Shown: positions 1 to 9,219 of the stretch, one piece after another | Numbering within the stretch: the stretch's first letter is position 1 | How the letters are laid out: the number at the start of each line of letters is the position of its first letter | Assembly (NCBI GenBank): GCA_044222475.1 | Contig: JBGANF010000034.1 | Coordinates: 1-64,000 of the forward strand | DNA from: Polyangiaceae bacterium | Lineage (GTDB): Bacteria; Myxococcota_A; Polyangia; Polyangiales; Polyangiaceae | DNA length: 64,000 nucleotides | Reading direction: 5' to 3' | The notes under the pieces: model-generated | Databases searched by the model: none | What the model was told of the DNA's origin: nothing | What the model saw: only the letters and a program-made list of their open reading frames with translations | Made by a program: the position numbers and the translations under genes

Positions 1-120
1 GGAAGCGGAAGCGGAAGCGGAAGCGGAAGCGGAAGCGGAAGCGGAAGCGGAAGCGGAAGCGGAAGCGGAAGCGGAAGCGGAAGCGGAAGCGGAAGCGGAA
101 GCGGAAGCGGAAGCGGAAGC
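1..120. repeat. Perfect tandem hexamer array (GGAAGC)x20, truncated by the window edge
   Basis: Read directly; the array ends 8 nt before the stop codon of the minus-strand YraN gene. Confidence 0.97.
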
Positions 121-128
121 GGACCCGG

Positions 129-494
129 TCACGCCGTGAACGCCCCTTCGACGTGCGTGATGACCACCGCCCCGTCCGCGTCCTCGTCGATCGCGACGAC
201 GTCGAAGCGCAGGCGCATTCCGCGCGCGTCGTAGCGATCGCGGTAGAGCGTTCGCGCCGCGCGCACGAGCCGCTCCTGCTTCTTCCGATCGACGCTCGCC
301 AGCGCGGACTGGAACGAGCCCGCACCGCGCACGCGCACCTCGACGACGATCACGAGGTCACCCTTCGTCGCGACGAGATCGATCTCGAGCCGCCCGACGC
401 GGACGTTCGTTCCCTCGATCGCGAAGCCGCGTGCGATCAAGTGCTCCGCAGCGATCTCTTCGCCGCGGCGTCCTCGATCGAGGCGACCGCTCAG
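129..494 (-). CDS. yraN: YraN/UPF0102 family putative endonuclease
   Basis: GRRGEEIAAEHL...N.RVGRLEIDLVA...VVEVR...RFDVV motifs. Start is uncertain: an in-frame CTG at 494 overlaps the upstream stop (CTGA). Confidence 0.85.
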   Translation of the reverse strand: MSGRLDRGRRGEEIAAEHLIARGFAIEGTNVRVGRLEIDLVATKGDLVIVVEVRVRGAGSFQSALASVDRKKQERLVRAARTLYRDRYDARGMRLRFDVVAIDEDADGAVVITHVEGAFTA

Positions 495-1108
495 TTCGCG
501 GCGCCGCAGTTCTGCGAGTTGCGATCGCAGTCGGTGCTGCAGGCCGTCGCGCGGTCGTAGGCGGTGTTCGCCTTGATGCAGTACGACCCAGTGAGGCCGG
601 TGTCGCCCGCGCCGATCGAGCTCACGAGCTGCTTGCACTCGAAGCCATCGGGGCAGGTGCAGTAGTTCGCGCCGTCGTTCGTCTGGCCGTCGAGGTTCGC
701 GCAGCGGCACGAGCAGTAGACCGCGTTCTCCGCCTGGCGATCGACGCACTGGGCGGCCACCTTCTCGTTGCCGTTCGAGCCGACGACCTTCGACGCGTCA
801 TCCGAGCGGGTTCCGCCGGGGAGGACGCATCGCGTCGCGTCGTTCGAGCTGTCCTGGCCGTACTTGCACGACACGCGCCCCTTGAAGTGATTCACGAGGC
901 AGAGGCGCGTCTGGCACTGGAAGCTCTTCGACTCGACGTTGACTTCGTCTGCGCTGAAGCCGTTGAAGTCCGCGTTGTACTCCTGCTCCGGAGTGCACGG
1001 GTCGCCGACGCCGGTGGCCTTGCAGCCCGACGCAGCGACGGTGGCGACACCGGCGATTGCAATCACCCCAGCGAACAGCGAGCTAGTCATCGAGCGAGTC
1101 ATTCGCAT
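491..1108 (-). CDS. cglC: Cys-rich lipoprotein, probable CglC/GltK-like gliding lipoprotein
   Basis: Lipobox (AASGC), many Cys, divergent from gltC. gltK is linked to gltC in Myxococcus. Sequence similarity is distant, so the call rests mostly on synteny. Confidence 0.6.
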   Translation of the reverse strand: MRMTRSMTSSLFAGVIAIAGVATVAASGCKATGVGDPCTPEQEYNADFNGFSADEVNVESKSFQCQTRLCLVNHFKGRVSCKYGQDSSNDATRCVLPGGTRSDDASKVVGSNGNEKVAAQCVDRQAENAVYCSCRCANLDGQTNDGANYCTCPDGFECKQLVSSIGAGDTGLTGSYCIKANTAYDRATACSTDCDRNSQNCGAAN

Positions 1109-1430
1109 CTCCGCCTCTCCAGCCTATCCAGACTACACCGCGCCGCGGACGAGCGGTCGTGGTGATGCAATGCAGGGCCGCAAAGGGACTCCCCTCCGCA
1201 GCGTGCGCGGAACGCTACCTGACCGAAAAGAAATGCGTCAAGTCGCATCGTTGCCGTCCTGCTCATCCTCGTCCCTCGAACCGCGTCCAACTTTCGGCCA
1301 ACTTTTCCACCCACACCATCCCAAGCCTTCCCTCGCCCGTGTTGTTTCATGGCCGATGCGGGACCCATCCGTTCCGCTTCTTCCCTCTCGCCATGGCTCC
1401 GCAGGTGCAGCAGTTGTGGCGAGTTTCGCC

Positions 1431-1460
1431 TTGACAAAAGCGAAACAGCGTTCGTACCAT
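1431..1460 (+). promoter_or_regulatory. Sigma70-type promoter for the glt operon
   Basis: TTGACA (1431-1436), 18-nt spacer, TACCAT (1455-1460), within an AT-richer intergenic region 140 nt upstream of gltC. Confidence 0.65.
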
Positions 1461-1601
1461 CGCGCGGCTCGTCTGAGTATCTTTTCAAGATTGTTAGGTT
1501 TTTTCGGTCTCACGTAGAACCAAGAAGTCACGGACCAAGTCAGGACAGCAAGCGCCGCAGTTGGGGCGGGCGCTCTGCCATTTCCTTCGAGGAGCACGAC
1601 G

Positions 1602-3362
1602 ATGCGTAAAGTGTCTGGCCGCGTGGGCGCGCGGATTCTGGTGTTGGCGTCTGCAGTCGCTCTCACCACTCTCGCCGTTACACCGGGCGCGATGGCTCAG
1701 AAGCCGAAGCCCGGCGCGAAGCCGGCGCCGTCGGCGAAGCCGACGAGCGTCGATCTCGACGACGCACCTCCTCCGACTTCCACGGGCAAGCCCGTCGACA
1801 ACTCGCCTCCACCGCAAGCCGGTCAACAGACCGAGCAAGCCGCGCAAGCGAAGAAGCTCTTCGACGCGGAGAAGTGGGAAGACGCGGCGCTTCTCCTCGA
1901 CAAGGTCCGCAAGGGCGAGACCGGCGACGACGAAGGCAACAAGCAGATCGCTCAGTACGAGCTCGCGATCGCGCTCTATCGCATGAAGTTCTTCCAGGCC
2001 GCGTACGGCATCTTCAGCGAGATCGCCGACAAGCCGAACCACCTCAAGTTCAACGAGACGCTCCTCTGGTTGGCGAAGCTCGCGACCGACCTCCCGGAGC
2101 CGGCGGACATCGTCGAGCGCGTCGGTAAGTACAACGACGATCAGATCAAGAAGTTCGACAACCAGAACCAGCGCGACCTGTACTGGCAGCTCAACTACTT
2201 GCTTGGACGATACAAGTATCGTCAGCGCCAGTACGACGACGCGCTCCGTCTGTTCGCGCTCGTGCAGCCCCAGTCGAAGTACTACGTCCAGTCGCAGTTC
2301 TTCAGCGGCATCTCGAACGTCCAGCTCCGCAAGTCGGTCCCCGCCGTCCAGTCGTTCCAGTCGATCGTCAAGGCGATCGACGAAGGCACCGAGGGCGTCG
2401 AGGACGAGGCGCGCATGCGTGACCTCGCGTATCTCTCGATGGCGCGCACGTACTACTCCGCGTCGGTTCGTCTCGACGAAAACAACGCCCCGACGATCGA
2501 CGCGCAGAAGCTCAGCGCCGCCGTCAAGTTCTGGAACAAGATCGACAACACGAGCGAGTACTGGCTCGACGGTCTGTTCGAAGAGTCGTGGGCCTACTTC
2601 ATGGCCGGCGACTACTCCCACGCGCTCGGCAACATCCACACGATCCAGGCGCCGTACTTCCCGAACAGCTACTACCCGGAGGCCGAAGTCCTCCGCGCCG
2701 TCATCTACTTCGCGAACTGCCAGTACGACGACGCGACGATCATCGTCGCGAAGCTGCAGCAGAAGTACCAGCCGATCTACGACGAGCTGAACAAGGTCCT
2801 CAACCGCTTCAAGGGCGAGAACCAGGAAGAGCCGTTCTTCAAGTTCCTCAAGCAGGTCCGTGACGACCAGCAGAACGGAACGAACAAGGCCGAGCTGAAG
2901 GAGAACATCCGCCCGATCGTCGAGCTCGCGCTCTCCGATCGTCAGCTCCTCCGCAACATCGAGTACGTCAAGCTCCTCGACGACGAGGCCTCACGCTTCA
3001 AGAAGTCGAAGCACGACTTCCAGGAGTCGAACCTCGGCGCCGACGTGAAGGATGCGCTCCAACTCGCTCGCGACCTCGCGGTCCGCAACGCCGGCACGCT
3101 CGCTCGCGAGCGCTACCAGCGAAACCTCGACGAGCTCAACGAGCACCTCCGCAACAGCGCGAAGATTCTCATCGACATCACCGCCGCGCAACGCAACCAG
3201 CTCGACCAGGCAATCGCCGGCAGCCAGGTGACCGCGGCAGAATCGAAGGCCAACATCGTGAAGCCCGACGAGGAGCACATCATCTGGCCGTTCAACGGCG
3301 AATTCTGGCGCGACGAGCTCGGCTTCTATCGCCAGACCATCACCTCGAAGTGCGGGAGGTAA
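1602..3362 (+). CDS. gltC: Gliding motility periplasmic TPR protein GltC
   Basis: Signal peptide, TPR-like helices, and the characteristic C-terminus WPFNGEFWRDELGFYR...C. Confidence 0.85.
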   Translation: MRKVSGRVGARILVLASAVALTTLAVTPGAMAQKPKPGAKPAPSAKPTSVDLDDAPPPTSTGKPVDNSPPPQAGQQTEQAAQAKKLFDAEKWEDAALLLDKVRKGETGDDEGNKQIAQYELAIALYRMKFFQAAYGIFSEIADKPNHLKFNETLLWLAKLATDLPEPADIVERVGKYNDDQIKKFDNQNQRDLYWQLNYLLGRYKYRQRQYDDALRLFALVQPQSKYYVQSQFFSGISNVQLRKSVPAVQSFQSIVKAIDEGTEGVEDEARMRDLAYLSMARTYYSASVRLDENNAPTIDAQKLSAAVKFWNKIDNTSEYWLDGLFEESWAYFMAGDYSHALGNIHTIQAPYFPNSYYPEAEVLRAVIYFANCQYDDATIIVAKLQQKYQPIYDELNKVLNRFKGENQEEPFFKFLKQVRDDQQNGTNKAELKENIRPIVELALSDRQLLRNIEYVKLLDDEASRFKKSKHDFQESNLGADVKDALQLARDLAVRNAGTLARERYQRNLDELNEHLRNSAKILIDITAAQRNQLDQAIAGSQVTAAESKANIVKPDEEHIIWPFNGEFWRDELGFYRQTITSKCGR

Positions 3363-3363
3363 C

Positions 3364-6300
3364 ATGAATCGCAGCTTCATTTCCGTCATCGTCGCCACTG
3401 CCGCGCTCGTCATCACGAGCACTGCCGCAGCGGCCGACCCCGCTCCGCCTCCCGCGTCCACGTCGTCCGGCACGATGGGCGGGGCGTGCATCACCGACAC
3501 GACCAAGCAGTCGCTCAGCTCGTGTCAGAACAGCGGCAGCACCGCGTTCAACGTGAGCCAGCACGGCAAGGCGCCGCAGGTCAATTTCCACTCGGCGCCG
3601 CAGCCGAAGGATCTCAAGACCAAGGATCAACAGAAGACGCCGAGCGCGCCGACCGAGACCCAGTCGCGCGACGAGCGCAAAGGCCGTCTCCAGGCCCGTG
3701 CGCGCGCGCTCCTCGTGACCGAGATTCAAGGTCTCGAGAACCTCTTCAACACGACGCCGAAGAACTCGCCCGACCGCGTGCAGCTCGCCCGCCGTCTCGC
3801 CGAGGACTACGTCGAGCTCGAGTCGGCGGCCTTCCGCGACAAGACCCAGGCGGAGATCGATCGCGACGCCGCGAAGAAGACGAACCCGGCCCTCGCGGGG
3901 CAGAAGCAGACGCTCGCCAACCAGGCGAACGCGATCATGCTCGCCGCTCGCAAGAAGTGCGTCGACTACTACACCCTGATCAAGACCGACTACCCGCAGT
4001 ACGGCCAGATCGACGAGGTTCTCTACTACCTCGCCTACGAGTACGAGCAGGCCAACGACACCGCGAACGCGCGCAAGGTCTACTACGAGCTCATCCAGAA
4101 GAAGCCGGACTCGAAGTACATCCCGAACGCGTACCTCGCCTTCGGTGAGCTCTTCTTCAACGAAGCGCAAGGCGACCCGTCGAAGTGGGACCTCGCCGCG
4201 CAGGCGTACAAGGAAGTCATCAAGTTCCCGCCGGAGAAGAGCAAGGTCTACGGCTACGCCTGGTACAAGATCGCGTACGTCTTCTGGAACAAGGGCGAGC
4301 TCGATCAGGCGCTCAACGCGTTCAAGAAGACGATCGACTTCGGCACGACCTTCACCCAGTACCCGGGTGCGTCGAAGCTGGCCGACAGCGCGCGTCGCGA
4401 CGTCATCCCGGTCTACGCCCTCAAGGGTGACCCGGGTGCGGCGTACAACTTCCTCCACAACCTCAGCGGTGACACGGCCGGGTCGAACGAGAAGACGTTC
4501 AAGATGATGGACGATCTCGGCAACAACTACCTCGACACCGGTCACTACCCCGAGGCCGTTGCGCTCTATCGCGACCTCATGGTGCGCGACAAGGGAAGCG
4601 ACAAGGCGTGCGTCTACCAGGCGCACATCTCGGAAGCGACGCTCGCGATGAAGTCCGGCAACAAGGACGCCATCAAGAACGAGCTCGACAACCAGCTCAA
4701 GGCCTACAAGGAGTTCAAGGAAGGCCAGCACAAGGACGAAGCGAAGTTCGAGTGCGCCAACAAGACCGCCGAGCTCGTCGCCGAGACGGGCATGGCGTGG
4801 CACCTCGAGGCCGTCGGCTCGAACAACCAGCGCGGCACCGGCGACCAGAAGACGATGACCCTCGCGGCCTACGTCTACAAGCGCATCGTCGACACCTGGA
4901 GCGCGGACGAGTTCTCGAAGTTCACGTTCCCGCGCATCGTCAAGGACGACTGGCCCACCGTCTACAAGGTCAAGTACGCCATGGCGGACTTGCTCTACTT
5001 CCAGCAGCGCTGGGCGGAGTGCGGTCCGGCGTTCGACAGCGTCGTCGCCGAGAACCCGAACGCCCCGGAGGCGGCCGAGGCCGCGTACGCGTCGGTGCTC
5101 TGCTTCCAGAACATCTACGAAGCGCAGCACCCGAAGGACACGGCGAAGAAGGGCAACGTGAAGAACCTGCCCGGCGCCAAGCAGGATCCGAAGACGAAGC
5201 AGGAAGAGGAAGACGCGAAGCTCAAGCCCAAGGACTTCACCGATCAGCAGAAGGGCATGATCAGCGCGTTCAACCGCTACATCTGCTACATCCACCCCGG
5301 CCCGCAGGACGCCCAAGGCCAGGAGCAGCTCGTCGAGGTCAAGTACGCCCGCGCGCGTACCTACTTCGAAGCCCAGCACTGGGAGGAAGCCGGCGCCGCG
5401 TTCCGCGACATCGCGCTCACCAACTCCGATCGTGACGTCGGCATCTACGCCGCGCAGCTCTACCTCGAGAGCGTGAACGTCCTCGGCGCGCACTCGCAGC
5501 CGCCGCGCCCGTCCTGCTACGACGAAATGGCGACCGACGTCCCCAAGTTCATCGAGCTCTACTGCACCCCGGACAAGGTCAAGAAGAACGAAGAGCAGTG
5601 CACGCTCCTCACCAAGATCCAGGTCGACATCCTCCGCCTCAAGGCGCAGAAGACCGTCGAGCTCGCCGACAAGGCGGGCGGCACCCAGGCCCTCGCGACG
5701 TACGAGAACGCCGGTACCCAGTACCTCGAGCTCTACCGCAAGTACTGCAAGGCCCCGATGGACAACGGCCAGCAGCCGCAGGCTGAGAAGTGCGACGAGC
5801 TCGTGTACAACGCCGCTCGTTCCTTCCAGGCCGGCCGCCTCATCGCCAAGGCGATCGCGGCACGCATGATCCTCATCGATCCTGCGAACAAGATGGAGAA
5901 ATCGCCACTCGCGAAGAAAGCGGTGTACGAGGTCGGCGGTAACTACCAAGCCATCGCCGTCTACGACAAGGCCGCGGACTGGTACGAGAAGTACGCCGAA
6001 GAGAAGACCGCCGAGAACGCCGACAAGGCTCTCTCCGACGCCGTCCTCCTCCGGTTGGGTCTCGGTACCGACGCCGACGTCCAGAAGGCGATCGACGACG
6101 CCGCTCGCTTCCAGCGCAACTACGGCGGAGCGAAGGCGACCCAGGCCGCAGCCATCGCGTTCGCGATCGGCGCGCACTACGCCGAAAAGGAAGACTGGGA
6201 CAAAGCGCAGAACGCGCTCAAGGGATCGATGGGCCTCATCGATCGCTCCGCCGGTCCGGACGTCCAGGTGCAGGCGCACGCCATGCTCGGCCGCGCTTAC

Positions 6301-7170
6301 TCCAAGATGAAGGGCGACCAGGGCGCGAAGGCCGAGTACCAGCGCGTCCGCGACATCTGGAAGGATCCCGCGGGCGCGATGAAGAAGCTCAACGACGCGT
6401 ACCCGACCGAAGACGAGGGTCAGAAGACCAAGCGTCTCGCGAAGGCTCTCCTCGCCGTCGGTGAAGCGCTCTTCTACGCAGCCGACGAGTCGAAGCGCGC
6501 CAACGTCGACCCGATTCGCTTCCCCATCTACGTGGGCGCCGGCACCACGGCCGACGTGAAGAAGCACATCGACACGAAGGTCGCCGACTGGCTCAAGCGC
6601 AAGATGGAAGCGATCGGCAAGGTCGAGCTCGAGTACAAGAAGATCGTCGATCTTCAGCCCGAGCCTCCGCCGCGCTGGGTCATCGCCGCCGGTTCCCGCG
6701 TGGGTCTCATGTGGGGCGAGTTCGTCGACGACTTCCGCAAGGCTCCCTATCCCAAGCAGTGGGACCAGAAGGGCTGCGCGCTCAACTGCGGCACCGCCGA
6801 TCAACTCGATTGGCGCGAGCTCAAGGCCCGCTACCTCGCCAACCTCGACGAGAAGAGCGAACCGATCAAGACGCAGCGCGCGAAGCCGGCGCTCGTCACC
6901 TGCCTCACCTACTCGGTGAAGTACCAGTACTTCGACGACTACTCGCGTGCGTGCGAGGTCTGGCTCGCGAAGAACTACAAGGCCGAATACCACGTCGTCG
7001 ACGAGCTCCGCGGAGCGCCCACGCTCTCCAACAGCGGTCTCGACGACAAGCCGCCGCCGCTCCTCGTGGGCGGAGCGGTCTGGCACGCGGCTCCGGCGGT
7101 CGACACGTCCGCCCCCGCCGCGAAGCCCGACGACAAGGGCACCACCCCGCCGGCCGCGCCGAAGAAGTGA
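3364..7170 (+). CDS. gltD: Gliding motility TPR protein GltD/AgmU
   Basis: 1268 aa, signal peptide, TPR arrays, positioned ahead of gltE-F-G. Confidence 0.8.
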   Translation: MNRSFISVIVATAALVITSTAAAADPAPPPASTSSGTMGGACITDTTKQSLSSCQNSGSTAFNVSQHGKAPQVNFHSAPQPKDLKTKDQQKTPSAPTETQSRDERKGRLQARARALLVTEIQGLENLFNTTPKNSPDRVQLARRLAEDYVELESAAFRDKTQAEIDRDAAKKTNPALAGQKQTLANQANAIMLAARKKCVDYYTLIKTDYPQYGQIDEVLYYLAYEYEQANDTANARKVYYELIQKKPDSKYIPNAYLAFGELFFNEAQGDPSKWDLAAQAYKEVIKFPPEKSKVYGYAWYKIAYVFWNKGELDQALNAFKKTIDFGTTFTQYPGASKLADSARRDVIPVYALKGDPGAAYNFLHNLSGDTAGSNEKTFKMMDDLGNNYLDTGHYPEAVALYRDLMVRDKGSDKACVYQAHISEATLAMKSGNKDAIKNELDNQLKAYKEFKEGQHKDEAKFECANKTAELVAETGMAWHLEAVGSNNQRGTGDQKTMTLAAYVYKRIVDTWSADEFSKFTFPRIVKDDWPTVYKVKYAMADLLYFQQRWAECGPAFDSVVAENPNAPEAAEAAYASVLCFQNIYEAQHPKDTAKKGNVKNLPGAKQDPKTKQEEEDAKLKPKDFTDQQKGMISAFNRYICYIHPGPQDAQGQEQLVEVKYARARTYFEAQHWEEAGAAFRDIALTNSDRDVGIYAAQLYLESVNVLGAHSQPPRPSCYDEMATDVPKFIELYCTPDKVKKNEEQCTLLTKIQVDILRLKAQKTVELADKAGGTQALATYENAGTQYLELYRKYCKAPMDNGQQPQAEKCDELVYNAARSFQAGRLIAKAIAARMILIDPANKMEKSPLAKKAVYEVGGNYQAIAVYDKAADWYEKYAEEKTAENADKALSDAVLLRLGLGTDADVQKAIDDAARFQRNYGGAKATQAAAIAFAIGAHYAEKEDWDKAQNALKGSMGLIDRSAGPDVQVQAHAMLGRAYSKMKGDQGAKAEYQRVRDIWKDPAGAMKKLNDAYPTEDEGQKTKRLAKALLAVGEALFYAADESKRANVDPIRFPIYVGAGTTADVKKHIDTKVADWLKRKMEAIGKVELEYKKIVDLQPEPPPRWVIAAGSRVGLMWGEFVDDFRKAPYPKQWDQKGCALNCGTADQLDWRELKARYLANLDEKSEPIKTQRAKPALVTCLTYSVKYQYFDDYSRACEVWLAKNYKAEYHVVDELRGAPTLSNSGLDDKPPPLLVGGAVWHAAPAVDTSAPAAKPDDKGTTPPAAPKK

Positions 7171-7178
7171 GGAAGACC

Positions 7179-8648
7179 ATGAAGAAGCTCATCACGATCT
7201 TTGCCACCGGCCTCCTCACCGCCACCGTCGCTTGCGGCGGTGGAGGTGGCGCCAACACCAACGTGAAGACGGGCAAGCCCACCGGTCCGACGACCGCGTC
7301 GGGCGACCCGCTCAACGTGCAAGCGCAGAAGGGCTTCCAAGCTGCGCTCGACGCGTTCGTCGCTCACGACAAGACGAACGACTGGAACGACGCTACCTGC
7401 GGGGAGGTCGCGAAGCAGTTCGAGTCGGCCGCCTCGGAGCAGGGCAAGTTCCCCGAGGCGACGTTCAACGCCGGTCTCGCGTGGCAGCGTTGTGGAAAGG
7501 ACACCGAGGCCCTCGAGCGCTTCAAGAAGGCGCTCAGCGAGGATCCGAAGTTCCACCACGCGCGCGCGCAAGTCGCCCTCTATCAGTACAAGGCCGACGG
7601 CAACATCGACGGCGCGATCGGAGCCCTCCAGCAGGCGGTCCTCGACGCGCAGTTCCAGAACGTGCCGGCGCTCGTCAACCTCGCGATGTTCCAGATGCAG
7701 CGCGACGGATCGACCGGCGGCAGCGGCTGCAAGGACGACATGGAGTGCTCGAAGCTGAACCTCCAGCGTGCCCTCGCCATCGACGACAGCTACATGCCCG
7801 CCTTCAACCAGCTCGCGCTCTACTACTTCCAGCAAGCGAAGAAGCGCGCCGGCGTGGTCCAGAAGAAGGGCGGTCGCTCGATCGCCACCAACGCAGCGCT
7901 CGGCAAACGCGCCGACGTGCAGCAGCTCGAGCTCGCGTCGCTCGTGTGCTCGCAGGCCATCCGCAAGAACCCGAGCTACGCCCCGATCCACAACACCGCC
8001 GGTCTCATCCAGAACGAGCTCGGTCAGGTGAACGGCGCGGTCGGCGAGTTCAAGACGGCCGCCAGCCTCGATCCGCGCTTCTTCGAAGCGCAGATGAACT
8101 ACGCGTTCGTCAACCTCTCCTTCCGCGGCTTCGATCAGGCGGAAGGCGCGTTCAAGAAGGCGCTCGCGATGCGCCCGAACGACTACGACGCGCACCTCGG
8201 CCTCGCGCTCGCGCTTCGCGGTCAGATCAACGACTCGAACTACGACGCTCAAGTCGCCGCGGTTCAGGCCGAGCTCGACGCGTGCAAGAAGATCGACGGC
8301 GCGCGCCCGGACGCCTACTACAACGAGGGCATCCTCACGCAGGAGTACAAAGCCAAGTCGGGCGGCGACAAGAACAAGACCATCGCGAGCCTCAAGGACG
8401 CGATCAAGATCTTGAACGACTTCGTCGCTCGTGCGCAGGGCAAGCCCGAGTACGACGGCGCCGTGAAGCGCGCGAAGGATCGCGTGCAGGACGCCGGCGA
8501 CATCATCACCTTCCTCGAGACCCCCGACGACACGTCCTCGTCCACCCCGCCGCCCCCGGCGAGTGGAGCCAAGGATGCGCCGCCCGCCCCGGCGGCCGGC
8601 GCTGGGGGCACCACCGCCCCGGCCCAGCCCGCGACACCCGCCAAGTAA
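7179..8648 (+). CDS. gltE: Gliding motility TPR lipoprotein GltE/AglT
   Basis: ATG at 7179 after a GAGGA RBS, lipobox TVAC, TPR repeats, synteny. Confidence 0.8.
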   Translation: MKKLITIFATGLLTATVACGGGGGANTNVKTGKPTGPTTASGDPLNVQAQKGFQAALDAFVAHDKTNDWNDATCGEVAKQFESAASEQGKFPEATFNAGLAWQRCGKDTEALERFKKALSEDPKFHHARAQVALYQYKADGNIDGAIGALQQAVLDAQFQNVPALVNLAMFQMQRDGSTGGSGCKDDMECSKLNLQRALAIDDSYMPAFNQLALYYFQQAKKRAGVVQKKGGRSIATNAALGKRADVQQLELASLVCSQAIRKNPSYAPIHNTAGLIQNELGQVNGAVGEFKTAASLDPRFFEAQMNYAFVNLSFRGFDQAEGAFKKALAMRPNDYDAHLGLALALRGQINDSNYDAQVAAVQAELDACKKIDGARPDAYYNEGILTQEYKAKSGGDKNKTIASLKDAIKILNDFVARAQGKPEYDGAVKRAKDRVQDAGDIITFLETPDDTSSSTPPPPASGAKDAPPAPAAGAGGTTAPAQPATPAK

Positions 8649-8877
8649 TTTTCTTGGAGCCAGCGGGAACCATCGCCCACCGTTCGTGTCAGTCCCCATG
8701 CACGCCGGTGGGCGATTGCTTTTCCAGCTTCTCCACCGTTTTCCACTCCGTTCGTAGGTGTTTCTCGGATTTTCTCACTGTTCCTACGTTGACGGCCTCG
8801 GTTTGGCCCGATACGCTGACACTGTAACGGCACCCTCGGCTCTTCGCCGGGAGTGCGCTCGCCTCGGGAGCTCAATC

Positions 8878-9144
8878 ATGAAGCGTGCTGGAAAGTTCAT
8901 CGCCGCTGGGTTCTTCGCCGTCGCCGCGTTGCTCGTCGTGTCCGTCGCCTCCGCGCAGGACACGAAGGCCAGCGATAACAAGGACGGCTACGGATACGAG
9001 TTCAAGGACGATCCGCTCAGCGCGGGTGGCTTCGGCCCGAACGACGCGACGATTCGCGTTCGTCCCGGACCGGTGCGCACGACGCTGATTCGTCCGCGTA
9101 CCTCGTTCGTCCCCGAGATGTTGAAGAGCGTCGAGAATCTCTGA
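8878..9144 (+). CDS. gltF: Small secreted gliding protein GltF/CglF
   Basis: 88 aa with signal peptide and C-terminal LIRPRTSFVPEMLKSVENL, lying between gltE and gltG. Confidence 0.8.
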   Translation: MKRAGKFIAAGFFAVAALLVVSVASAQDTKASDNKDGYGYEFKDDPLSAGGFGPNDATIRVRPGPVRTTLIRPRTSFVPEMLKSVENL

Positions 9145-9219
9145 GATTTCGTTCGCTGTAGTTTGCAATGATGTGGCGCGCTCCCAAAATTGGGCAGCGC
9201 TTTTACCGAAGGTTTGACC

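Noticed and set aside
1..120. CRISPR array or coding low-complexity tract
   Set aside because: There are no spacers, only a pure hexamer. A coding role cannot be tested because the left context is missing.
3340..7086. 1248-aa minus-strand ORF and similar long antisense or alternate-frame ORFs (e.g. 17264-21916, 12764-15328, 48235-51285)
   Set aside because: Shadow frames of high-GC genes: they mirror well-supported CDSs and show no family motifs.
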